A stretch of 61,000 nucleotides of DNA, the filler included, from Hausera hauseri (lineage: Eukaryota): NCBI GenBank assembly GCA_046269625.1. It is 8 parts of 8 records of this genome, joined end to end, with 100 filler letters (N's around TTAATTAATTAA, not from the genome) between each part and the next. Parts side by side here need not be neighbours in the genome. Positions count along the whole stretch, not along the records: positions 1 to 19,042 come from JBJURY010122205.1; positions 19,143 to 24,595 come from JBJURY010251958.1; 6 more parts are not named here. One strand, given 5' to 3'. The position numbers and the translations under genes are program-made. Below, piece by piece: positions 13,765 through 24,695 of the stretch (the stretch's first letter is position 1; each line of letters begins with the position of its first letter). The notes beneath the pieces were generated by a model that had not been told where the DNA came from, ran no database searches, and worked only from the letters and a program-made list of their open reading frames with translations.

Positions 13765-14058
13765 ATCAATGATTCGCCAAATTTATTGGACCAATTTTCA
13801 TATTGATCAATACCAAGTTTAGTGCGCAAATATTCGTATTTGTGAATACCGAATTTAGTGCACCAACTTTCATATTTATCAATACCAAATTTGGTGCACC
13901 AATTTTCATACGGGAAAATATCAAATTTAGTGCGCCAATTTCGTATTTTCAATACCAAATTTAGTGCACCAACTTTCACATTTACCGATACCAAACTTAA
14001 TGCAACAATTTTTTATTTATTAATACCAAATGTGGTGCACAGATTTTCTCATCCATCA
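13765..14058. repeat. ~36-bp tandem satellite, left block
   Basis: Unit approximately aataccaaatttagtgcaccaattttcgtatttatc. It gives the 12-aa repeat YENWCTKFGIDK in the ORF track. Confidence 0.92.
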
Positions 14059-15745
14059 AAAGAAGAAGTCAAAGGATTGGAGAAGTAATAGCTTCTGTAA
14101 CAGAAAATTAAGAAGAACTTCATAAACCAAAGGAATATATTCTTTTACCCAAGATCAAAGGTACAGATTTAAATATAGAAGAGTATGCTGAATTTAGTCT
14201 TTTATTACTGAAATATGAAGATGTATTTGCCAAAAATGAAGATTATTTAGGAAAATTAAAAGATTTTCAAGTTGCAATAAAGCTAAAAGAGGATCCAAAG
14301 ACAGGATATGAACTGAATCTAGCAGATTAACCTCAACCAAAATATTATCTGCCACCTGAAGCAGAACGACAAGATTTAGACGAAGAAATTAAAAGATTGC
14401 TCAGACTAAAGATAACAGAAAAGACCAATGCACCGTGGGTATCTTCAACCCTCATGGTTCCAAAGAAGAACACAACCAAAAAGCGATTGTGTATCGACTT
14501 TCCACATATAAATAACTTTATAATAAACAATACTTTTCCATTACCAAAAATAAAAGAAATAATCAAAAAGTTGAAAAACAGCGAATTTTATATAACTATC
14601 GATTTTCAATGCGGTTTCTGGCATGTTAAAATTGTTGAAGAAGATAGATATAAAACAGCTTTTAGAGTACCACAAGGAATCTATCAGTTTAAAAGGATGT
14701 CATTGGGTTTAAAAATAGCCCCGTCAGTATTCCAAAGTTAATGACGCAAATTTTAACAGAAGAAAATAATCCTGGTGCAGAAACGATAACTAGCACCAAA
14801 GAAGGAGATATGGTATATATTGATGATCTAATCCTTACTGGTAATAATTTTAATCAGTTAATGGCAAAGCTAAAAGACAAATTAGAACGTTGTAGAAAAA
14901 CAAGTTTAAAAATCAATCCTATGAAATGCAAATGGTTCAAACGAGAAATAACATACCTCGGATTCAAGATATCAAAAGAAGGAATAACCACTATTTGACC
15001 AGCTATCCTATCTTAATTCCAACAAAAGATCTGTTAGCTATTACAGTTGCAAAAAAGTTTATTAGCAAAATAGTTTGTCAATTTGGCGCCCCACGATACC
15101 TATTAACAGACAGAGCACCAAACTTCCAAAGCGAATTATTAAAAAAAATAACAGATATATGTCAAACTAATAGGTTGCTAACAACAGCATATCATCCTCA
15201 ATGTAATGGTAAAATCGAAAGATTGAATTATACCGTGCAATGTATACTATCAGCCATGGTAGATAAGACACAAAAGGATTGGGACATCCACTTAAAACTT
15301 GTGCAGTTTGCAATTGCAACTACACCTACTAGTTCATCAGGATATACACCATTGGAATTAATGTATGGTAGAAAATTACTACTGCCAATGGACGATCAGT
15401 CTGATGAAGAAATACATGAAAGTGTTGTAAATAGTTTAGCAAATTGCTGGAAAAAAGCTAAACAAGCAATCAAACAATATAAACAAGACTATCAAGAGTA
15501 CTATAATAAAAAAGCTAAACCTCATAAATTCCAACCGGGTGATAGAGTAATGGTACATTATCCAGTAGCGAAACCAAAAAAATCATTAAAACTGACACGT
15601 ATAGATAAAGAACCTTACTTAGTAGTAAAGGCCACACCTGAAAACATATTTATTTAAAAAGGCACTGGTGAAAAGACCAGAATTGAATGTGTATCCACTC
15701 AAAGAGTCACGAAAGGACCAAAGGATCCAAAAGCTAAAGAGGGGC
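14059..15745 (+). mobile_element. Internally deleted Ty3/Gypsy pol fragment: RT joined directly to the integrase core (RNase H deleted)
   Basis: RT motifs: APWVSS.LMVPKK, RLCIDF, IDFQCGFWHV, KTAF, YIDD. Abrupt junction at ~14997 to integrase FGAPRYLLTDRAPNF..TTAYHPQCNGKIER and a GPY/F-like KFQPGDRV..EPYLV. Stops and frameshifts are present, and no LTRs are seen. Confidence 0.9.
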
Positions 15746-15756
15746 CTTGATATTCA

Positions 15757-16940
15757 TTGCGATCAACAAAACAACCTGTTTTAAAACTAGCCTGTAGCTT
15801 AGAACAGTTATTTCTCATAATTATGATTTTTGGTCTAATACTATCAACCACGGCACAAACTTTAGTAACAGACCATATAGTTACAAACTTAGAAATACGG
15901 GTACAAATTACCTGGCAGAATTCATTAAACTTAGTAAATGGATCATTCGTAGGAGAATCAAAATACAAAGAAATGACTCAATTAGTTCTGTCACCAGAAG
16001 TAAACGACGCAATTTGGTTATCAACTAAACGTTGTTGAATCCTACTATTAACCGAAATTTGCCTTATAGATCTTTATTTTCTAACAACTGAAATGTTATT
16101 GAAACCGAAACAGAAAATCCTGCCTATAGCAAGACAGGTACAAGTAGAAAAAATTGGTGAAAAAGCCTTAAACTTCCACATTCATATGACATTACTGCAA
16201 TTCTTTAAAATAAGGCAAGAAATAATACCAACTGTGGCCACCTTATCAACAACTAGTAATAACCCAATTACTATATTCAACTTGAATAAAATACCTGAGG
16301 TTACCATGATAGCAACAGACTCGTATTTTGAGTTTAAAGTCTTTCAACTAATAGAGGACCCCACTTTTATAACTTGCGTAGGAAAATACCATATTATGTA
16401 TGCCATTATAAAAAAGTACGAAAGGATAACTAGATGCATTGACCTCCAGCCTGACGAAGAATATCTAATTGTTTTCACTCAACACCATGCAGTAACAAGC
16501 CATCGAACAATCAGAGCTCAAACGAGAACCAAAAGATATCTAATACATGAAGAATTTCTAGTTTACACACCAACGCAGTTAATGACTAGTCCTAGTACTC
16601 AAACAAATATGCTAAAGATCATAATACCCTCTATAATAATAATACTCCTCTTACTGTCCATATCCACACCCTTTGTAATAATTAAAATAAAAAGATTTTC
16701 TAAAAAACAAAATATTATGAATAAGACTCTGTTACTGTTGACTAACCTAATATGTCTAGTAGGTTATAGTGTGGAGTGGATAATCGACGTTCAGAGAGAT
16801 AAAAAATTCAATCTAAGGCACAAATATGCAAAAATGCTCATACAACATAGAATAATATTACTGACACACATGTCAGTAAATAAGAGCAAATCTCAACCAA
16901 TAGATTTGCAATACTTTAATAACGCAATTACACCAATGAT
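15757..16940 (+). pseudogene. Env-position type I membrane protein ORF of the Gypsy fragment (signal, FN3-like motifs, RTKR, TM)
   Basis: ORFs 15757..16038 and 16093..17046 are in the same frame as integrase 14926..15657. Signal-like MIFGLILSTTAQ; NLEIRVQITW and LQPDEEYLIV motifs; RTKR; TM IIIPSIIIILLLLSISTPFVII followed by KIKR. Confidence 0.5.
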
Positions 16941-17852
16941 TTACAAATTTAGTGCGCCAATTTTCGTATTTGTCAATACCAAAAATGGTGCACCAATTTT
17001 CACATTCATCAATACCAGATATAGTGGGCTAATTTTCGTATTTTAAATACCAAATTTAGTGCAGCAATTTTCTTATTTTTAATACCAAATTTAGTGCATC
17101 GATTTTCCTATTCATCAATACCAAATGTGGTGCACAGATTTCCTCATCCATAAATACCAAATTTAGTGCACCAACTTTCATATTTATCAGTACCAAATTC
17201 ACTACACATATATTCGTATTTATCTATACCAAGCATGGTGCACTAATTTTCTCACCCATCAATACCAAATATAGTGCACCGATGAGCACATTTATCGACA
17301 CCAAATATAGTGCACCGATCTTCGTATTTATCAATACCAAATGTGGTACACTAATTTCTCATTTATCAATACCAAATTCCGTGCACAAATTTTCGTATTT
17401 ATCTATACGAAATGTGGTGCACCAACTTTCTCGTTCATCAATACCAAATATAGTGCACCGATTTTCGTAGTTTTCCATGCCAATTTTAGTGCAACAATTA
17501 TCATATTTAACAACATCAAATATAGTGCACCAAGTTTCACCTTTATCTATACCAAATTCAGTCACGCATTTTCGTATTTACCAATACCAAATATAGTGCA
17601 CCAATTTTCTTATTTACCAATACCAAATTTAGTACACAAATTTTCGTATTTATCTATACCATATGTGGTGCACCAATTTTCACATTCATAAATACGAATT
17701 TAGTGCACAAATATTCAAATTTATCAACACCAATTTTAGTGAACCCATTTTCGTATTTATCAATACCACATGTAATGCACTGATTACTCATTCATCAGTA
17801 CCAAATATAGTGCACTAATTTTCATATTTATCAATACCAAATTTAGTGCGCC
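16941..17852. repeat. ~36-bp tandem satellite, right block (~25 units)
   Basis: Same aataccaaat(t/a)tagtgcaccaattttc unit as 13765-14058. Confidence 0.95.
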
Positions 17853-18300
17853 TTAATTTTTGTTACTCTATTTTTTAAATAAAATTGGGAAACCCAAAAT
17901 AAACCATGATTGCTTGACCGGTGATGAACACGGAATAGCCTCGATTTGCGATAATGATAACTGTTTGTGTCGATTTGAACGAGCGTGGGTGCAGGTGATT
18001 TACGAACAATCATCGAACTGCAATCGAACCCCGAAGTGCAATGTGCATGGTCATTACATAAGCAGAAAGATTAGAAAAGAGACCAACAAATTTAAAACTG
18101 CAAAGAATTAATGGCGGGCGAATTAAGAAATCTTAAAATTAAAACTTCGTGAAAAATGACCATATAGATCTACAATTTATCGCATGTATAACCAATGAGA
18201 GTATGACCACAAGATATTGACTTTTTGAACATGGGTGTTTACGATTAAATATAGATTCAGCAAAACATTTAGTAGCATCATTGATATTTCCTTGTACATG

Positions 18301-18762
18301 AATTTATCGTGAAGAAGAGGTTCAAAATCATTGAATAGGTTGGATATGGAAAATTTTCCTTACGAATTAAGGATATTTTGATATGTCCTACCATCATAGT
18401 GACAATAATTTCACTCTGCATTATTGTCCCTTTTATATTTCCGGTAGCATGAAGAATCAGAAGAGTGGTTATTCATTAACAGTGATGCAAATAATTTTTA
18501 TAAAAATTTTTAATTATACTAAATGTTTGGAAATATTTTATGAAGCTTTTCTGACATTTTTCGTATGCCTCAAAATAATTTCTTCTACGCTTCTTTTAAT
18601 AACAAATTCGAGAAAAGGTTGTTTACTTCTTAATTTAGATTTTGTCAGTCTCATCCACTGTGAAATTCAAATTAATTTCATTTGACTATTTTCAATACTG
18701 ATAAAAGGGTGACAACAAAAATTCGATTTAACTTCAAACTGTTCGATCCACCATCGAATAGT
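18301..18762. repeat. Dispersed direct repeat, copy 2
   Basis: Near-identical to 2083-2545. Confidence 0.9.
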
Positions 18763-18782
18763 ATGTTATATAAGTAGTGTAT

Positions 18783-19042
18783 AAATGGCGGTTCTGCCCC
18801 ACCCCCACCCCACGAGGTGTGCCAAATCGATATTGCACATGTGCCAATCGATAGTGCACACTGTGCACTATCGATCCATAAAATGCTAGGCAACGGTGCC
18901 GTTAGTGACGGTTGCTAAGGACACTTTTGCACATTTCACAAATCGATCGCTGCACAGTGCAGTATTGATCGAATCGATCGGGAACAAGTGCTAATCGATA
19001 GAGCACATCGAGTTGCACCTTGATTGATTATGTGCAGGTGCA
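18783..19042. repeat. Low-complexity repeat built from ATCGAT/GTGCAC palindromic words
   Basis: Repeated atcgat, gtgcac and tgcaca words after a C-rich tract, at a contig end. Confidence 0.5.
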
Positions 19043-19142
19043 NNNNNNNNNNNNNNNNNNNNNNNNNNNNNNNNNNNNNNNNNNNNTTAATTAATTAANN
19101 NNNNNNNNNNNNNNNNNNNNNNNNNNNNNNNNNNNNNNNNNN
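19043..19142. other. Artificial 100-bp contig spacer (also 24596-24695, 28936-29035, 34329-34428, 41000-41099, 45383-45482, 55968-56067)
   Basis: N44-TTAATTAATTAA-N44. The linker places stops in all six frames, and the length is identical each time. Confidence 0.98.
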
Positions 19143-19850
19143 CACATATCGCTTTCCGGTAGTTTCATTGAACTTTAGTTCCTTAATTTTAATAAAATTA
19201 CAACTTCTTCCAGAAGGCGGTTCCCATATTATAACAGAACTTCTAAAGGCACAGGTTCCGCCTTGTAAATGACACTTTTGATTCTAGGTATATAACTTTG
19301 TGACACTATGGAACATTACTTTCTGTGACCGCATCTCCGATTCGTAAAAATCCACGACTATCACGTTTGTTTGTAATCCTTTTTCGGTGTCGTATTCCTC
19401 TCCGTTGCAATGTCAGCTATTCATATCTAATCTTCTGACCACTATTTTGTATGCCTTAATTATCTTTCCGGGTTGCATTTCTAATTCAATACTGTCCTAT
19501 TGTACTCTTCCAGTCTCCTTGGCCTATTTGCAGTGCTGGCATTCTAAGTTCATTGGGACAAGGGGAGTTGTTGGTTTGATTATTGAGAAATGTCAGTGTA
19601 CTAGCCCACAGTGAAAAATGCTACGAGATCGTCTCAGCATACACTCCATTCCGTCTAACGATATCAATTCTTGTTGTTGGTACAGGCAGTAATTTTTCTC
19701 TTTAATTTCTAACTTGTGCGGCATTGCATCTTCGCACACCTCTAAATCCATTAGGGAATACCTCTGCCCTAGTTTAAATTTATCGCAATCGTAGACGGTA
19801 ATAGTCCCTATTTGCTTTATTAACATCATCAAGATGAGAAGGTTAATTAA
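19143..19850 (-). pseudogene. N-terminal part of a chuvirus-like envelope glycoprotein of a retroelement
   Basis: Hydrophobic signal WLINLLILMMLIKQIG, then TITVYDC...YSLMDLEVC...LYQQ...ECMLRRSRSIFHCGL. It continues through stops to CQHC..KETG, CNG and KCHLQGGTCAFRSSVIIWEPP..RSC before the spacer. Confidence 0.7.
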
Positions 19851-20002
19851 CCAACTTGATTCACTTTTCCGGTGGCTAATATCCGTTGTTGTCAAATTAC
19901 TTAACATATCATCAAGTCTATTACTATTACTGGTCCGTTTGTCTTCTTCTTTTCAAATAGTCTTGACCAAGTTACTTCGTGGGGCAGTTTCCTCGCCGCT
20001 CT

Positions 20003-23000
20003 TTATGCTAAGCTTATAGATTTGTTGATTTCATTCTCTCGATTGGGGTTTATTTTGATGGCTAAGTATAGTAATACTTTTCTTAATTCCTCATTGGTGT
20101 TTTCTACCACAATCTTTTCGATTACCGCTTTATCGGTTAAGTTACTTTTTGATAGTTTAAAACGTGAATTTCTCATCATTCTAGCTGCATTAAATATTAC
20201 TTTTTTTATCATCTAGTGTGTCACCTCGAAGGCTCGAATAATTTACAATTCATATAAGTTTCTTCATTAACTCACTTAATTTTTCATTGTTTGTGCTGAA
20301 AGTCGGAATCAACATTTGTCTCAATTCTCTAATCAATTCTCCATTATAATCAGTCTTCTCTCGCATCTTTTTAGGCCTGCCAACTGGAAGTTTTTGTCTT
20401 GGGACATTGGCTATCATTTCACTCAGAGGCGCTAAATTTTTGTCGTATTGTTCGTTATCCACATCCGTTTGTAGATACTCGAAGTACATTGCAGCATCTC
20501 GGACTTCCATAATTTGTCCTACGCATTGTTCTGTCCTAGCCTTACGCGTGGCTTCTTCTTTAGTTTGTTTATTGACTACTATTACCACTATTCGATTTGT
20601 TTCGTCGGGAATAATTCCGACGTCTGTTAACTGTTTTAAATCGTCTAGTATTATACCTCTAAAATAAAATCTATAATTTAGCTCGTTTGTTCCGCCATTA
20701 TTTAATAACCATTCTCTTACGTCCGTCACATAGGAATATGTAGATTGTTCACATTCTTTTTCACATATCCACTCGGATGATACCAACACTTTCATCGTCA
20801 CCTCAGGATTAGCCTTCAAGATTTTAGCGTATTTTTATCAAAAAGTTTCAGCACTGTACTATAAATGGTATTTACGCTAGATAATTTAGTTAAGGTCGGG
20901 ATGAGTTGTTTTAACTTGCTTTCAATAATGTTTACGTTAATTAGTTCAATCAAATTTTTCTCAGTTAGCGCTGAATCCAGGAGCATTTCCACATTGTATC
21001 ACTTGTTCTGCGGGGGTTGTTTCTATTTCTTTTAGCTATACCGGAGTCAGGGGAGTTTTGGCCGTTATCGCCCATAAGTAAGCGTCCCATTCCGGTTCAT
21101 TTCCCACATCTGGAAGTCCATAGTCTATTAAGGCTATATTCGTTCTCTGCACATTTTTTCGAATTTCCTTTAATTTTGGTAGTATTTCCTTTACCTGCGT
21201 AGTTCGGAAACCTATTCCGTTTCCACAAGCATACTGAATCATCTTAAGCAGTTCACCTAACTTATTCAAATGGATGAATCCCTTTTGGTGATAATCGGTT
21301 AGTTCGATAATTACATCTCTTTGCCATGTTTGTACGAATTCTCGCTTGTTTTTGATTTCTGATTTGGTAAAAGCATATTTGTTTCAGTAGATTTCGAGCT
21401 CTTTTACTAATTCGTCTAACCTTGTTGCTCTTTGTTTGGTTTTAATGCAGGTCTCTTCAACCTCTCTTATTTTAGGCATCAATAGCCTCATTCTCTCATC
21501 ATTAATTTCTGCCATTTCTACTAATATGAAGGCTAGCTCATACATCTCATTTATGACTTTTGAGTCGGGATCTATTTCATCCAGCAATTTCTTTACAAAC
21601 TTAGATTCCTGAAAACTAAAATGTTAGTCGTCTCTTATCCTTGTCAACTCGGTATGGCAATTCTGATCCGATCCGGCCATCCATTCTTGTGGGTTACGCA
21701 AGAATTTCATTGCTTCTGTTAAAGTGGCTCGATATTCCGGACAAATATCTAGGGTTTCAATATGTTGGACAGAGATCTCGTCGATAGGTTTATCTGTTAA
21801 ATGTTGGACTCCCTCTAGTCGGACATTTCTTAACCTTGGGTAAAAATTGCAAGTCATATTTTGCTTTTCTGTAAAGTTTGTCTCTTCGACCATTTTATAG
21901 ATCTTTTCCAGTATCGTCGCCTTTTGTTTCTTCATAAAATTTAGCCGTCGTAATGCTTCTAATTGAATTCGGATATCTATTTCCGCCTTTATTGTGTCTA
22001 GGTTATGTGCACTTTCTTCTAACTGTTTCTTTATAGAAGGCTCGCTTTCTGGAAATTCTTTCCTACGATTTTCCACTAATTTACTTAGTCGCGTTATTAA
22101 CTCGGACCATTCCGACAACTGATTGGCGATTATTGGCTTTGCCATTATAGACTTATCTAGCATCTTATATGCATCCTTTAATTCATCATTTGGGCCCTTT
22201 ACGAAATTCATAATCCGACGACATAGCTAAACTTGTCCTTATACTAGTCAAATTCTATGATACAAGCCTTTACTACGAATTGGGTTTCTTCGTGATTTGG
22301 AGACATAATTCGGTTTCTCAAGCTACAAATCTGCGCTCGCTTTTCATTTTCTACTTTGATTCGCTTTTCTAGGTTCGTATATTGTTTAGGTACAGCGAAT
22401 GCAATTTTATCATCTCCATCAAGAGAGGGATATCTATTGCGTCTATACCCAATATTTCTAAATCGATATCACTTCGGTTATTAACCGGTTTTTCTCTAAG
22501 TCGATTAATCATTACACAACAAATTCCATCCATAATGCGCTCTAGATTGTGTACTACTCTCTTTAGTTTTGGGTTTGTTTCTAAGGTAAACAATAGCGTC
22601 TGAGCCTTAGTGACTTTTATATCAACACTATCTTCGTTTTTGCTCCATCCTTCCGAAAATTCCACTCCACTTTTGATCCATGATTCGAATTCATGCCGCC
22701 ATTTTGACAGTGTTTCGGGTAATACTTCTTTAGGTTGTCCTAGGTAGATTGCTTCATTAAGTTTTTCTTTACTGCATAATTTTAGACTTTTATACAACCT
22801 ATCAGCATGCTGTTGCTCTTTTCCAGATATATCTACTTGTTCGCTAATCTGCTTAAGCTTTTCTAAATTTCGCTGTAGTATTTCTGGGTCGTGACACCTA
22901 ATTCTCATTTTTAACTCATTGGCGTTTTTCCAGGAACGTCGAACTTTCCACTTTCTTGGATCAAAATCAGCGATATTTTCCGTTTCTCCCTCACTAGTAG

Positions 23001-23400
23001 GAAGTGGGCAAACCTCGTTAATTTCATTAATTAACTCTGTAGATTCTTCTATCTCGGCAGGTGTGGATGCACCAATTTCTGTTGTGTTCAAGCTAGGTTC
23101 TACGTCGCTTCCTTTAGCGATATTAGTATCTTTCGTTTCTTCTCTAGTTACTTGTGAGCGTGAGCGGTTTTTTAGTGCAGGGCTATGGCCTTTATTTTTC
23201 GTAATCTTGAGTATTAATGGCTCCATAATTTCTTTTTCTGCTGTATCGCCTTTGGTAGACTTATCCGCTTTTTCGATCGCGAATTCGGGCTCCGCATCTA
23301 GGTCGACCTCTGTCGAGGTTCCTGGTTTATCCGTTATTTCATTACTCGTTGGTACACTTTTTTTCCTGTCACGTCAATTCGTTTAGGTGCTATGGTATGC
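20003..23400 (-). pseudogene. Accessory region between gag and env: charged helical/coiled-coil ORF pieces plus a ubiquitin-like domain (~20575-20795)
   Basis: Co-oriented ORF fragments 22369..23226, 21624..22211, 21384..21587, 21036..21269, 20250..20819 and 20003..20212 are E/K/L-rich. ORF 20250 contains VTDVREWL...YRFYFRGIILDDLKQLTDVGI...IVVIV, a UBL pattern. Confidence 0.6.
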
Positions 23401-23604
23401 TCATATTCAATTTCAGGTTCTGCTAAACCATGGTATACTTCTTAAAATCTTAGCTTATCTCCATATTCTCTTCTAGCCATCAAAATTTGTGGGTTAATAG
23501 TCTCAGGTTGAGTATCTAGAAATTTTCGTAAGTCTTGTATGTCGATAATAGTACCTGCTCTCCGCGAATACCATACATAGCCTTTCAATTCTCATTAACT
23601 TTAA

Positions 23605-24595
23605 TCATACTAGTCTTATTAGACTCAGTAAATGAAACGCTACGTGGATTGGACATGCCCTTGAAATATGTACTTCTTTTCCGCAAGTGAAACAAACTAA
23701 ATTTGCGTTCCTGCCGACACTTTGTGGGCCGTCTTCGTTCACATGTGACTTAGGCCTATTTGTACTTCTATCGTACTGATTCGGCCAACCTTGTATACTA
23801 TCTACGTTTCTTCGACTATCATTATTTCGATTATTATCATCGCGAATCGAATAGTAAGAACCTTTGTAGTTTTCTCGAATTCCATTGGAGTTTGATTTGT
23901 TCGTATTTCGATCGTTAGTATAACTATTGTTTCGACTATTCCTGTAGTCATTATTACTATTTCTATTTTCATAATTCCTATTTCCATTAACTCGTCTATC
24001 ATCTCTTCCATGATTGTCATTTTGATTTCTATCGTTACAGTCATTTGGATCATTATTTCTATCGTTCCTATCGTTGTGTCTGGCATATCTATTAAGTGCC
24101 ATTTCTAAATCTTGAGCCAATTGTAGAGTTTTCTCGAAATTCTCAGGTCTGGCCAAAATCAACCTCTGAACTAAATCTCTGGACCAAATACCGTTAATTA
24201 ATTGAGTTGTTATCAGGACGTCTAAATCTGGCGGGGTTGCCTTTTCCGCAGCATCATGTTCTGCGTCTGTTTTAGCTTTTGCTACATTAGTTATTCGTAG
24301 AGTACTTACATAACTATTAGCGAGTTTTTTCAATGCAAATGCAAACTGGGTTACAGATTCGCCCTTTTGTTGCACCCTATTTTGGAATGCCATAAGTTTC
24401 TGTTGTGGCGTTACGGTCGGCAACAATTTACGATTTAATGCTCCTACCAGGGAGGAACAAGTCTTTTTTCCTTATTAGTGAGCTCACTATAAGCGTCAGC
24501 CGCAAAATTTTTCAAATACAACAAAAAGCGTTTAATCATCACTTCAGGAATGAGACTAGCACCTTCTGTGTGTAATTTATAAGTTCTCAAGAATT
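23605..24595 (-). pseudogene. gag: Gag (capsid C-terminal domain, N/D/R-rich linker, CCHC knuckle)
   Basis: RVQQKGESVTQFAFALKKLA (major-homology-like), QLINGI..LVQRLILARPENFEKTLQLA, CFTCGKEVHISRAC. Confidence 0.88.
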
Positions 24596-24695
24596 NNNNN
24601 NNNNNNNNNNNNNNNNNNNNNNNNNNNNNNNNNNNNNNNTTAATTAATTAANNNNNNNNNNNNNNNNNNNNNNNNNNNNNNNNNNNNNNNNNNNN

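Noticed and set aside
13765-17852. 36-bp periodic repeats as a CRISPR array
   Set aside because: Units are contiguous and degenerate with no unique spacers, there are no cas genes, and the context is eukaryotic. This is a satellite.
19043-19142. Recurrent TTAATTAATTAA motif as a biological signal
   Set aside because: It is always centred in exactly 100 bp of N padding, so it is an assembly linker.
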